DNA from: Granulicella sp.
Lineage (GTDB): Bacteria; Acidobacteriota; Terriglobia; Terriglobales; Acidobacteriaceae
Length of the DNA: 47,761 bases
Assembly (NCBI GenBank): GCA_025359825.1
Contig: JANYER010000161.1
Coordinates: 1-47,761 of the forward strand
Direction: 5' to 3'
Position numbers and translations under genes: made by a program. Every line of letters starts with the position of its first letter. Positions within the stretch are counted from its first letter, which is position 1. This document shows, piece by piece, positions 16,522-26,630 of this stretch. The notes under the pieces are model-generated. The model did not search any database, was not told the origin of the DNA, and saw only the letters and a program-made list of their open reading frames with translations.

Positions 16522-17763
16522 ATGACAAGCGCACAGACAAGTCGACCCCGCCCTCTCGTCCTTCTGGGCATAGTGCTCGTACTCGCCGTACTGACCATCC
16601 TTGGAGTCAAATCCTTCTCGGGCGATCTGGTTGAGGTGCGTGTAGCAGGTGTAAATCGCCAAAATCTTATCAGCACCGTACCGACCACCGGCAAGGTTGA
16701 GCCGGTAGAGGAGTTTCAGGCCCATGCGACCGCTCCTGGCGTTATAGAAAACATTTATGTAGAAGTCGGTCAGAAGGTAAAGGCCGGCGACCTGCTGGTC
16801 AAGATGAACGACTCTGACGCTGCAGCACGATTAGCCTCCGCGACCTCCGCCTTGCGCTCCGCCGAGGTCTCCGCACAGGATGTCCTGCAGAATGGCACGA
16901 CCGAGGAACGGATCGGTATCTCCGGCGACTTGAACCGCGCCCAAATTCAGCAGAAGCAAGCTACCTCTGACCTCGTAGCCCTCCGCCAATTGCAGCAGAA
17001 GGGGGCCGCATCCTCCGCAGAGGTTGCAGCAGCCGAGCAGCGCCTGCAGACTGCGAATAGCTCGCTGCAAAGCTTGCAGCAGCGCAGCACAAGTCGTTAT
17101 AGTGCCGCAGAACGAACCCGTTCTCAGGCCCAACTTGCAGACGCTCAGGCCGCGGTCAAGGCAGCCAATAGAACCTACGCCAGCGTGAATATGCGCACCC
17201 CTATCTCCGGTACCGTCTACTCCATCCCTGTCTCAGAGTATGACTTTGTGCCCGCCGGCGAAGACCTGATGGACGTGGCAGATCTCAATAGAATTCAGAT
17301 TCGGGCCTACTTTGACGAACCCGAAATCGGCAAGCTCTCTCCGGGACAGGCCGTAAAGATCGTATGGGATGCCAAGCCCACCATGACCTGGCATGGACAT
17401 ATCGAGCGCGCTCCTACGACTGTCATTGCCTACGGCACCCGCAATGTCGGCGAAGCCCTCGTAACCGTAGATGATGCCAAAGGAGACCTACTTCCTAATA
17501 CCAACGTCACAGTTACCGTGACGACCTCCCAGCGCTTCAACGTGCTCAGCATTCCTCGCGAAGCCCTTCATACTGAAGGCAGCATCGACTTCGTCTACAA
17601 AGTCGTCGCCGGGAAGCTGGTCCGTACCCCAGTGCAGGTTGGCATCGTCAACCTCACTCGTGTTGAGATTATCGGCGGCCTTACTGAGAAGGACACGGTC
17701 GCCCTCAGCAGCACCAGCAATCGCGACCTCACCCCCGGACTCGCGGTTAAGATCGTAGAATAG
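16522..17763 (+). CDS. Periplasmic adaptor / membrane fusion protein (MacA/HlyD-like)
   Basis: N-terminal TM helix, lipoyl half-motifs (VEVGQKVKAGDLL; TPISGTVY), long coiled coil, beta-barrel and membrane-proximal regions. Confidence 0.9.
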   Translation: MTSAQTSRPRPLVLLGIVLVLAVLTILGVKSFSGDLVEVRVAGVNRQNLISTVPTTGKVEPVEEFQAHATAPGVIENIYVEVGQKVKAGDLLVKMNDSDAAARLASATSALRSAEVSAQDVLQNGTTEERIGISGDLNRAQIQQKQATSDLVALRQLQQKGAASSAEVAAAEQRLQTANSSLQSLQQRSTSRYSAAERTRSQAQLADAQAAVKAANRTYASVNMRTPISGTVYSIPVSEYDFVPAGEDLMDVADLNRIQIRAYFDEPEIGKLSPGQAVKIVWDAKPTMTWHGHIERAPTTVIAYGTRNVGEALVTVDDAKGDLLPNTNVTVTVTTSQRFNVLSIPREALHTEGSIDFVYKVVAGKLVRTPVQVGIVNLTRVEIIGGLTEKDTVALSSTSNRDLTPGLAVKIVE

Positions 17764-17765
17764 CA

Positions 17766-18743
17766 ATGGCGACATCCTCCGCCACTTCGCTGGTGTTCCG
17801 TAGTACCCCACTCCTGCTGTCATTTTTGACGTGCATCCCTGTCTACGCAGCCGATACTACCCAGGCCAATACCGCGTTGCAGCAAGGCCGCGTAGACGAA
17901 GCCGCCGCCAGCTTGCGTTCCATCCTCTCTGCCCAGCGCTCCAATGCCATCGCACATCAACTTCTATGCCGTGTCTTCTACGCTCAGGACATGGCCGACC
18001 CCGCCGTACACGAGTGCGAATTAGCCGTCAGCAACGACGCCACCAGCAGCGACAATCATCTATGGCTGGGCCGTGCCTACGGACTCAAGGCATCCCATGC
18101 CAGCCCATTCACTGCCCTGGGTCTTGCCAGGAAAGTGCGCGATGAGTTCGAACGCGCCACCCAACTCGATCCCAAGGCACCCCGTGCCGCCAGCGATCTG
18201 GGCCAGTACTACATCAGTGCTCCCGGCATTGCAGGTGGAGGCGCGGACAAAGCACTGGCCCTCATCACCCGGATTGAGCCAGAGTTCCCTGCCTACTCCC
18301 ATCGGCTCCGCGCCTTACTGGCAGAAAAGAAAAAAGACCTTCCCACCGCTGAGGCTGAGTTTAAGAACGCGATCGCCGCGGGCAAGAACCCGGCCGCATA
18401 CATTGATCTGGCCGACTATTATCAGCGCCATAATCAACCCGATCAGGCGGTCACTGCAATCCAGCCCGCCTTAGCGTTAAATCCGAAAGGCGCGGTCTTG
18501 GCAGACGCCGCCAGCATCCTGATCGCCGCGCACCGAAATCCGGAGTTGGCAGAAAAGCTCTTTCGCGAATACCTTGCATCGCCGCTTCGGTCCGACGAAT
18601 CGCCAGCCTTCAAAGTGCATCTCCAACTTGGCGAACTACTTGCACAACGGGGAGATGCAGCCGGTGCCCACACCCAATATGCCGCAGCGGCAGCACTCGC
18701 ATCCTCGTACGCGCCTGCGCGCAAGGCGCTGCAGACCCAGTGA
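17766..18743 (+). CDS. Exported tetratricopeptide-repeat protein
   Basis: Signal peptide-like N-terminus; TPR-like repeats (HLWLGRAYG..FERATQLDP; AYIDLADYY..ALALNP). Confidence 0.82.
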   Translation: MATSSATSLVFRSTPLLLSFLTCIPVYAADTTQANTALQQGRVDEAAASLRSILSAQRSNAIAHQLLCRVFYAQDMADPAVHECELAVSNDATSSDNHLWLGRAYGLKASHASPFTALGLARKVRDEFERATQLDPKAPRAASDLGQYYISAPGIAGGGADKALALITRIEPEFPAYSHRLRALLAEKKKDLPTAEAEFKNAIAAGKNPAAYIDLADYYQRHNQPDQAVTAIQPALALNPKGAVLADAASILIAAHRNPELAEKLFREYLASPLRSDESPAFKVHLQLGELLAQRGDAAGAHTQYAAAAALASSYAPARKALQTQ

Positions 18744-18820
18744 CCCACTTCAGATTCCCGTCTCTCGCGCACAGCACGACCCTACGAGCCCAAGGAAACC
18801 TATAGCATGAGCTTTAGCAA

Positions 18821-20203
18821 ATGATTCCGAACCTACTCTCCATGGCCTACACTCCTTCTGCCGCTCCAGCTTCGCGCACCAACGCGATTCGCATGGCTTT
18901 CTGGCTCACTGTGGTCGTAGCTATCTCAGCCGCACCGCTTCCCGCGCAGGTCTCGCTCACTACTGCGGTGGACCTTGCCCTGCGCACCAATCCCAAAGTG
19001 CTCATAGCGCAGTCTGACGTCGACAAGGCACGTGCCCAGCTCTCGGAATCCCGGGACGTCTATCTCCCAGTAATCGTCGGCGGCTCCGGCCTGGGCTACT
19101 CCTACGGATTCCCCCTCGGCCAACCCACCGTCTTCAGCGTTGGCTCCCAATCGCTGCTCTTCAATTACTCCCAGCGGGACTACATCCGCGCCGCTCGCGC
19201 AGGACTTCAGGCAGCCAACTTCGCATTGAATGATGCCCGCCAGCAGGTAGAGGAAGATGTCGTGCTCACTTATCTGTCGCTTGATCGCGCCCAGCAACGT
19301 CGTGCCGCACTTGCTACGGAGTATGGCCTTACCACTCGCCTCACCTCTATCGTTCAGGACCGCCTCGATGCCGGTCAGGAGAACGCCCTCGAACTCCTCC
19401 GCGCTCGTCGGACTGCAGCCCAGGTTCGCCTCCAGCAGATACAGCTCGACAACGAGATCAGCACTTACGCCGATCATCTCAGCCGCATCTCCGGCCTTCC
19501 CGGCGCACTCACCACTATTTCAGACAGCATCCCGGCCCTGGGCACGCCCGAAGCCTTTACCAGTCCTGTGCCGGATAGCCCCGCAATAGCCGCCGCCGTA
19601 GCAAATGCAACTGCCAAGCGGCACGTGGCCTTTGGAGATGCACGCTACATTCTTCGTCCGCAAGTCGCCTTCGTCACCCAGTACAGTCGCTTCAGCAACT
19701 TCAATAACTACAAAGAGTTCTATCCCACCTTCAACAACTACAACGCAGCCGCCATAGGCGTTCAGATTCAGCTTCCGCTCTTCGACCGCGTTCATCAGGA
19801 TAAAGCTCGCAGCTCCCGTGCAGATGCTGTACACGCCGAGCAGGAGGTTCGGGCCGCCCGCATGCAGTCCTCGGAGGGCCGGCTAAAGCTACAGCACACC
19901 GCCACCGAACTCGCCGCCCGCGCCGAACTCGCCGGCATCGACCGCGATCTTGCCCAAAATCAGCTCGACGTTTTACTCGTACAGCTCCAGTCCGGCCTCA
20001 GCACCGGCGGCACGCTGATGACTCCGAAAGACGAGCAGAACGCTCGAATTCAGGAGCGCCAACGCTACCTCGAACTCCTCGACGCGGACTTTCAACTCCG
20101 TCAAACCCAGGTCAATCTGCTGCGCCAGAACGGTCAGTTGGAAGATTGGCTCAAAGCATCGTCGCAGTCGCAGCCCGCCGCTACGACTGTCAAAACCCCT
20201 TAG
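18821..20203 (+). CDS. TolC-family outer membrane factor
   Basis: VSLTTAVDLALRTNP, ARAQL..RDVYLP, GVQIQLPLFD; two-repeat OMF architecture. Exact start uncertain. Confidence 0.88.
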   Translation: MIPNLLSMAYTPSAAPASRTNAIRMAFWLTVVVAISAAPLPAQVSLTTAVDLALRTNPKVLIAQSDVDKARAQLSESRDVYLPVIVGGSGLGYSYGFPLGQPTVFSVGSQSLLFNYSQRDYIRAARAGLQAANFALNDARQQVEEDVVLTYLSLDRAQQRRAALATEYGLTTRLTSIVQDRLDAGQENALELLRARRTAAQVRLQQIQLDNEISTYADHLSRISGLPGALTTISDSIPALGTPEAFTSPVPDSPAIAAAVANATAKRHVAFGDARYILRPQVAFVTQYSRFSNFNNYKEFYPTFNNYNAAAIGVQIQLPLFDRVHQDKARSSRADAVHAEQEVRAARMQSSEGRLKLQHTATELAARAELAGIDRDLAQNQLDVLLVQLQSGLSTGGTLMTPKDEQNARIQERQRYLELLDADFQLRQTQVNLLRQNGQLEDWLKASSQSQPAATTVKTP

Positions 20204-20324
20204 GCTCCGCAAAGTGTTCTAAGTCAAGCACCTTTGGCTTAGCACGAACCGCGCGAGGAACCTAAGCCACCACCCAGAATTGCTACCGTACCCCTTGCCG
20301 AAATGGTAAACTTAGGAACTAGTC

Positions 20325-21812
20325 ATGCCTCTAAAAACCCTGTTTCTGAACCCGCCCTCCTTTGAGAAGTTCGATGGTGGTGCCAGCTCCCGCTGGCCCG
20401 CTACCCGCGAAATTGAGTCGTACTGGTATCCCGTCTGGCTCACCTACCCGGCCGGAATGCTGGAAGGATCACGCCTGCTCGACGCTCCACCCCACCACAT
20501 CAAGTGGCAGGAAGTCGTCGAGATCCTCAAGGACTATGAGTTCCTGGTTCTCTTCACCAGCACCATGGGCTGGGACGGCGACCAGAAGATGGCCGAAGTC
20601 ATCAAGCAGACCTACCCCAACATCAAGATTTCGTTCGTCGGACCGCCGGTCACCACCTCACCCGATAAGGCCCTCAACGAGTGCCCTGCAATCGACTTCA
20701 TCTGCCGCCGCGAATTCGACTTCTCCGTCGTAGAGTTTGCCAACGGCAAGCCGCTCAACGAGATCATGGGCGTTAGCTACAAGGACCAGTCCACTGGAAC
20801 CATCCTGCATAACCCGGATCGCCCGCAGGTCACCCCCGAGCAGCTCGACGAGATGCCCTGGGCCACCGACATCTACAACCGCGATCTCGATGTTACCAAG
20901 TACAACGTGCCGTTCCTGCTGCACCCCTACGTCTCGCTCTACTCCACACGCGGCTGTCCGGCGCAGTGCACCTTCTGCCTCTGGCCGCAGACGCTCTCCG
21001 GCCATGCTTGGCGTAAGCGCTCCACCGACGACGTTGCCGCTGAAATGGCAAGCGCCAAGAAGCTCTTCCCCCACGTCAAGGAGTTCTTCTTCGACGACGA
21101 TACCTTCAACATCCAGGCCGCTCGCACTATTGAGCTCTGCGAAAAGCTGAAGCCCCTCGGCCTTACCTGGTCCTGCACCTCGCGCGTTACCACCGACTTC
21201 GCAACCCTGAAGGCCATGAAGGAAGCCGGTTGCCGCCTCCTCATCGTCGGCTACGAGTCGGGCGATCCGCAGATCCTCAAGAACATCAAGAAGGGTGCCA
21301 CCGTCGAGCGTGCTCGTGACTTCACCCGCGACTGCCATAAGCTCGGCCTGGTCATCCATGGAGACTTCATCCTCGGCCTGCCTGGCGAGACACGTGAGTC
21401 TATCCGTAACACCATCGACTTCGCCAAGCAGATCGACTGCGAGACCATTCAGGTCTCCATCGCGCACGCCTTCCCTGGTACCGAGTTCTTCGACTTCGCC
21501 AAGGCCAACGGCTTCATCACCAACGAAGCCATGTCAGACGAAGGCGGTCACCAGATGGCCCACATCGAATACCCCGGCCTGCCTGTCGAGTACGTCATGG
21601 AGATGGTGCACAAGTTCTACGACGAGTACTACTTCCGTCCCAAGGCAGCCTTCCGCGTCGTCTGGCAGGCAATCGTCAACCGCGACGTTCCGCGTCTTTA
21701 CACCGAGGCCAAGTCGTTTATGTCGCTCCGTGCGAAGCGCAATAAGGCCGCTCGCGCCATGAAGGAAGCCAATGCCGCCAAGGCACAGGAATCCGTCAGC
21801 ATGAACGCCTAA
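20325..21812 (+). CDS. hpnJ: Hopanoid biosynthesis-associated radical SAM protein HpnJ
   Basis: KTLFLNPPSFEKFDGGASSRWPATREIESYWYP N-terminus typical of HpnJ; CPAQCTFC; FFDDDTF; hpnCDE nearby. Confidence 0.92.
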   Translation: MPLKTLFLNPPSFEKFDGGASSRWPATREIESYWYPVWLTYPAGMLEGSRLLDAPPHHIKWQEVVEILKDYEFLVLFTSTMGWDGDQKMAEVIKQTYPNIKISFVGPPVTTSPDKALNECPAIDFICRREFDFSVVEFANGKPLNEIMGVSYKDQSTGTILHNPDRPQVTPEQLDEMPWATDIYNRDLDVTKYNVPFLLHPYVSLYSTRGCPAQCTFCLWPQTLSGHAWRKRSTDDVAAEMASAKKLFPHVKEFFFDDDTFNIQAARTIELCEKLKPLGLTWSCTSRVTTDFATLKAMKEAGCRLLIVGYESGDPQILKNIKKGATVERARDFTRDCHKLGLVIHGDFILGLPGETRESIRNTIDFAKQIDCETIQVSIAHAFPGTEFFDFAKANGFITNEAMSDEGGHQMAHIEYPGLPVEYVMEMVHKFYDEYYFRPKAAFRVVWQAIVNRDVPRLYTEAKSFMSLRAKRNKAARAMKEANAAKAQESVSMNA

Positions 21813-21827
21813 CCAAACCGCAGCAAG

Positions 21828-21867
21828 AAGCGGCCAGCATGTACTCCTGCTGGCCGCTTTTCTTTTT
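21828..21867 (+). terminator. Intrinsic terminator after hpnJ
   Basis: aagcggccagca-loop-tgctggccgctt followed by ttcttttt. Confidence 0.85.
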
Positions 21868-21903
21868 CCTAAAAACCATTACAAGAGAACCACCATAAGC
21901 CCC

Positions 21904-22323
21904 ATGAAACACACTCTTACTCCCCAGCGTTACCTCGTCCTACTGTGCGTCATGCTCACTGCATCCGTGGGCGATACGCTCCTCTCGCATGGAATGTCCC
22001 AGGTAGGCACGGTCAGCTTCTCCAATCTGGGCTTGCTCTTCACCGCAATGAAGAACCCGTGGGTCATCGCCGGTATCCTGCTGCTGCTCGGCTTCTTTGC
22101 CAGCTACCTGACTGCGCTCTCCTGGGCTGACCTCACCTTCGTCCTCCCTTCTACCGCCTTCGGCTACATTGTCGTAGCATTAATCGCGCACTTCTGGCAG
22201 CACGAACATATATCTGTATCGCGCTGGCTCGGCATCCTTCTGATTGTCGGCGGAGTAGGCTTCGTCGCTAACGGTCCATCGCTCACCGAGCATCCTGCAC
22301 AGAACGAGCAGGGGCCCGCTTGA
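21904..22323 (+). CDS. Small DMT/EamA-family membrane protein
   Basis: Four TM helices; NPWVIAG, ALSWADLTFVLP, EHISVSRWLG. Confidence 0.85.
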   Translation: MKHTLTPQRYLVLLCVMLTASVGDTLLSHGMSQVGTVSFSNLGLLFTAMKNPWVIAGILLLLGFFASYLTALSWADLTFVLPSTAFGYIVVALIAHFWQHEHISVSRWLGILLIVGGVGFVANGPSLTEHPAQNEQGPA

Positions 22324-22712
22324 TGAACCCCACCAGCACCTTCGAGACCTGGGCGACCATCGTGACCGTAGCCGCCACCGCTATCGCCGGCGACGTCCTC
22401 ACCGCTGGCGCCATGCGCAGCATCGGCGACCTCGATATCATCCGCGAAAAGTCAGGCCTCGGCGGAGCCATCAAGGCGGTCGTCTCCAGCCCCATGTTCA
22501 TCGCCGGTGTCGTCTGCATGGCGCTTAGCTTCTTCTCACTCCTCTTCACACTCAGCAAGGTTGACGTCTCACTGGCGGCCCCCGCCAGCGCCTCGCTCAC
22601 CTTCATTGGCAATGCAGTGGCAGCAAAGCTCTTCCTTAACGAGAACGTCGACCGCCGCCGTTGGTTGGCCGCACTCTTCGTCTGTGCCGGCGTAGCTCTA
22701 CTCGCACACTAA
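22323..22712 (+). CDS. Small DMT/EamA-family membrane protein (paralog)
   Basis: TGATG overlap with the previous gene; LSKVDVSLAAP, ENVDRRRW; four TM helices. Confidence 0.85.
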   Translation: MNPTSTFETWATIVTVAATAIAGDVLTAGAMRSIGDLDIIREKSGLGGAIKAVVSSPMFIAGVVCMALSFFSLLFTLSKVDVSLAAPASASLTFIGNAVAAKLFLNENVDRRRWLAALFVCAGVALLAH

Positions 22713-22713
22713 C

Positions 22714-22758
22714 AAAAGGCGTGACACGAAACTTCCGTGTCACGCCCAATCTTTTTTT
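22714..22758. terminator. Probable bidirectional terminator between convergent genes
   Basis: aaaa-ggcgtgacacg-loop-cgtgtcacgcc followed by a T tract. Confidence 0.8.
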
Positions 22759-22786
22759 CGAACCGCATTTAGCAAATCGTTTTTGT

Positions 22787-24133
22787 CTAAACGAAGCCCA
22801 GATACGGATTTGCGCCAAAGCTGGCAATGTTTGGGAAGATCGCCGACATCTGTGATGGAGCCACACCAAACCACTGCGCCAGAGTAGCCGCGTACTGCAC
22901 ACTGCCGGTTGAAGGAACCCAGCGCCCGTTCGTACCCGAGTCATCCGGGCCGCCCAGCGCCAGTGTCGGGAATTTACCGTATAGCTGTCCACCCTTCACC
23001 GCTCCACCCATTACGATGTGATGTGCCCCCCAAGCATGGTCGCTACCCGTGTTAGAGTTCGGCTGAAACGTCCGGCTGAAGTCCGACATGGTAAATGTCG
23101 TCACCTTGTCTGACACGCCAAGCTCCTTGGTTGACTGGTAGAACGCATTCAGCGCCGGAGAGATCGCAGCCAGCAAATTCCCCTGCAAATTCACTTGATC
23201 GGAGTGCGTATCAAAGTTTCCAACTCCACAGAAAAATATCTGTCGAGTAACGCCCAACGCTGCCCGCACCTGGATGATCTGCGCAATTTGCTTCAACTGC
23301 GCTGCCAGTCCATTCGCACTTGGAAACACAGTCGTGATGGGTGTAATCGACTGCACCGCATCCGATAACGTTTTCGCATAGCTATATGCGTTCTTGGTAA
23401 TCGTATTGTCCTGCTGAACCAGAGACAGACCTGAGTCAAACTGCAGCAATGCCTGCGCGGTTGCCTGCTGTGCGGCACATTCCGTAGCACCTTCATTGCA
23501 CGATGACCCACCCAGATTTCCCGGGCTTACCGACACTGGTGTACTTGCTGCGCCGTTGCAGAATAGCGTGTCACCCGCCACTGATGTAATCATGGGAACC
23601 AGTCCATTCGGGTTGTAGCTGGTCGAGATTGTGTCCGCAATTCTGCCTGCCCAGCCAGTCTGCGTCTCACCGCTCTTCGCCGCATTCTGCCATTCCAACT
23701 GCTGGTCAGAGTGTGAGAACAGATTAGTCGGCACCACCGTACCGGACGTTTGGTACTGCGCCTTGGTCGTTGGAGCCACCAGTGTCCCCACGTTCGCCAC
23801 CAGAGCCGCAGCATTGTTGTCGAACAGGGCAGCAATCTCAGGCATATTCCCGTTCAGCGAGAAGTTGGGTGCCTTCGCCAACTGAATCAACCCACTCTGC
23901 GGCAACGCCAGCGGTCCACGAATCGTGGAGTAGCTGCCATAGCCTGTCGTATCAAACGGCACCAGCGTATTGTTTGAGTCGTTCCCGCCATACAGGAACA
24001 CGCAAACCAGCGCCTTATAGTCGGTCGCACCCTGCGCCAATGAATTCAGCGCTCCAAAAGGCCTCAGACCGGCTGCATTTCCAGCCGCAGCCAACGACGC
24101 ATATTTGATAAAACTCCGCCGATTCACGCCCAT
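22787..24133 (-). CDS. DUF1501-family Tat-exported protein
   Basis: Twin-arginine NRRSFIK; YKALVCVFLYGGND, LFSHSDQQ, FDTH, SDFSRT, GSDHAWG. Confidence 0.9.
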   Translation of the reverse strand: MGVNRRSFIKYASLAAAGNAAGLRPFGALNSLAQGATDYKALVCVFLYGGNDSNNTLVPFDTTGYGSYSTIRGPLALPQSGLIQLAKAPNFSLNGNMPEIAALFDNNAAALVANVGTLVAPTTKAQYQTSGTVVPTNLFSHSDQQLEWQNAAKSGETQTGWAGRIADTISTSYNPNGLVPMITSVAGDTLFCNGAASTPVSVSPGNLGGSSCNEGATECAAQQATAQALLQFDSGLSLVQQDNTITKNAYSYAKTLSDAVQSITPITTVFPSANGLAAQLKQIAQIIQVRAALGVTRQIFFCGVGNFDTHSDQVNLQGNLLAAISPALNAFYQSTKELGVSDKVTTFTMSDFSRTFQPNSNTGSDHAWGAHHIVMGGAVKGGQLYGKFPTLALGGPDDSGTNGRWVPSTGSVQYAATLAQWFGVAPSQMSAIFPNIASFGANPYLGFV

Positions 24134-24193
24134 AGAATCCTCGCTTCCTAAGCACTAAAAGTTGCAATCCAATAACCACCACACACCAATTGT

Positions 24194-26416
24194 TTAGTGC
24201 TCAACCTTGTAGAAGGAAGACGTAATCACCAGGTATGTTGCTACTCGAACCCTCATCGCAGGGTCAGTCAACGTCGCGATATGACTCACGATTACGGAGC
24301 GCATCTGACTTGGCATCTGTCCGTGCATAAACATCACGCCCAGGGCGTCTACCAGGTTGCCACTATCAGTCGTAGCATTCCCAGTCTTCGACGCCATGAT
24401 CCCGAGCGCACTGGTCTTACTCAGGTCAACGTTGAAATTGCTGATGCCGTTATAAACCAACGTATTGGCCAGCGTCAGTCGCAGGACCGCGGTTGCTGTG
24501 TTTTCCTGTCCGAACTCAGGAGCATTCACTTTAGTCCCGGGAATTACATACTCAGGCGAGAAGAAGTTGAAGACGCTTCCTGAACTGTAGGGGCGCTGTC
24601 CAAGGCCACTAGTGTAGTTACCTACCGTATTGTAAGAAGCTAGTGCGACCACATCATTTCCGGCTACTGCGTCCTTATTGGTAAAGTTCAGAGCCCGCAT
24701 CACGTTTGCAATGTACAGCATTGGCTCTCGCAGGTGACCGCCATCGAAGTTTGGGCTCGTATCAGCAGCCCGTGCATCCACGTCTGTCAGCATCGCGGTT
24801 ATGACGGCCCTCATATTTCCACGTTTACCGGTGCCGTCATTCGCAAACACCGCAGCGACACGCGCGACATACGCGGGGCTTGGATTGCTAGCGACCATAT
24901 GCTGGATCAATTGCTTGCAGATAAATGGCCCAACGTTGGGGTGGTTGAACAAATTGCCCAGCGCACCGGAAAGATCGGTCGTAGACGTCTGTCCGGAGGG
25001 CAAAGTCGTGCCCGTTAGAAGCACCTTCGCCGTCATATCGTGCGCACTGTCAATCGCTATCATCGGGGCCGTGTAGTTCGCAGGATTGGTAAACTTCGAG
25101 GTCGCCGCTCCAATCGGTGCGTACGTCCATCCCGTAAACGCTCGCGCAAATGCCTGCACCTGCGTTTCGGTATAGACAGGAATTGGATTACCGCTTCCAT
25201 CCAATTGCTGCGTTCCGTCCGAGTTCAGGAGGTAGATGCCGGTCGTAAACAACTGCATCAGCTCGCGTGCATAGTTTTCATTCGCAATCTGGCCATTCCC
25301 GGGCTTATAGCTGTTCAACATGTTCAGATAATTGCCCATCGCAGGCGACAGCGTCACATCCTGCAAGAGTGTGTAGAAGTTCCCAAACGCATCATTTGCC
25401 AACGTGTTGTGATATGTCGTGACGGAACGCGCATTCACCGAATTCGTCGACACCACAAAAATTTCGCTTAGAGCGAACGCCACCCGCTGCCGCAGCTGGT
25501 CGTTCCCCGTCAACACCGCCTGCCACCACTCCGACTGCTCACATGGGATAGTGTTATTCAGGCAGATTGCAGGCGTTGGGGTGGCAATATCCGGCAATAC
25601 TGTCGTGGGCGCTGCAAATTGTTCCGTTAGATATGCTGTAGTCCCCACTAACTGGACGTGGTTGATATCGTTCAAGGTCGGCCCAAACGTCGCCTGATCC
25701 AGCAATCGCGCCGCAGTTTGTACAGACACTTTTACTGTGAGCACCTGCGCATTCGAGCTCACGGTCATCGTGCCGGGATCGGGATTCGTAACCACCACCG
25801 GCACCGTTGTCAATCCGGCGGCCACCGTGATCGTGCACATCAGCTCTGTGCTGCTCACATACGTGGCAGCAGCGGTCGAACCCCCAACCTGGACCTGCGA
25901 TGTCGGCAAAAAGCCAGTTCCTAGAATATCCAACGCATATGAAGTTCCTATTACTGATTGCGTGGCCTGCGCCGAGGTTACTACCGGAATCGGATTAAGA
26001 ATCGAGGCTGATACGGAACCCTGAAACGGAACTGTGGCACCCACAATTGCCGTGATTGTCACCGCGTTAGAAGTCGGAATCATCGCCGGTGGGGTATAAA
26101 GACCAGCCGAAGTGATCGTGCCAGTTGTCGCCGTTCCGCCTGTAATCCCATTTACCTGCCAGGTCAGGGCGGTTGCAGAGCTGTTCGTAATCGTCGCCGT
26201 AAACTGCTGCGGAGTTCCCAGCCTCAATTGCGTGGCACCAGTCACCGTGACCAGTGGATTCGCCACTGGCGCGGATCCGCCACCTGAGCAGCCGGCCAAC
26301 ACCAGAAGACCGGCTCCCACCATCCCGGCAATGATCTGCCGAAGACCTCGTTTTACCCGTGCAACAGTCGCTGTAGCCACACTTACCTCCGCCAACCCGT
26401 CCGCTAATCGAACCAA
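24194..26416 (-). CDS. DUF1800-family lipoprotein with N-terminal Ig-like domains
   Basis: Lipobox LVLAGC; Ig-like WQVNG..GTITSAGLYTPP; RLLDQATFGP, DQLRQRVAFALSEIFVVS, NENYARELMQLF. Start uncertain. Confidence 0.88.
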   Translation of the reverse strand: MVRLADGLAEVSVATATVARVKRGLRQIIAGMVGAGLLVLAGCSGGGSAPVANPLVTVTGATQLRLGTPQQFTATITNSSATALTWQVNGITGGTATTGTITSAGLYTPPAMIPTSNAVTITAIVGATVPFQGSVSASILNPIPVVTSAQATQSVIGTSYALDILGTGFLPTSQVQVGGSTAAATYVSSTELMCTITVAAGLTTVPVVVTNPDPGTMTVSSNAQVLTVKVSVQTAARLLDQATFGPTLNDINHVQLVGTTAYLTEQFAAPTTVLPDIATPTPAICLNNTIPCEQSEWWQAVLTGNDQLRQRVAFALSEIFVVSTNSVNARSVTTYHNTLANDAFGNFYTLLQDVTLSPAMGNYLNMLNSYKPGNGQIANENYARELMQLFTTGIYLLNSDGTQQLDGSGNPIPVYTETQVQAFARAFTGWTYAPIGAATSKFTNPANYTAPMIAIDSAHDMTAKVLLTGTTLPSGQTSTTDLSGALGNLFNHPNVGPFICKQLIQHMVASNPSPAYVARVAAVFANDGTGKRGNMRAVITAMLTDVDARAADTSPNFDGGHLREPMLYIANVMRALNFTNKDAVAGNDVVALASYNTVGNYTSGLGQRPYSSGSVFNFFSPEYVIPGTKVNAPEFGQENTATAVLRLTLANTLVYNGISNFNVDLSKTSALGIMASKTGNATTDSGNLVDALGVMFMHGQMPSQMRSVIVSHIATLTDPAMRVRVATYLVITSSFYKVEH

Positions 26417-26630
26417 TCCATGAACCTGTAAGCCTATATTCGTTATGCCGTATAAGACCGAATAACAGCTAAAACATTGATTTGAAGTATTAGTTGCGCT
26501 TCAACGTGGCGATTTTACACTTTTTTCGACTAATCCGGCATAGACGTGAAACTTTCTCAATTCGAGTGCGTCCTCAATCACGCGATGGAAACCATCCCAC
26601 TTCAAATACGAATCTTTTTTTGAAGCAGCG

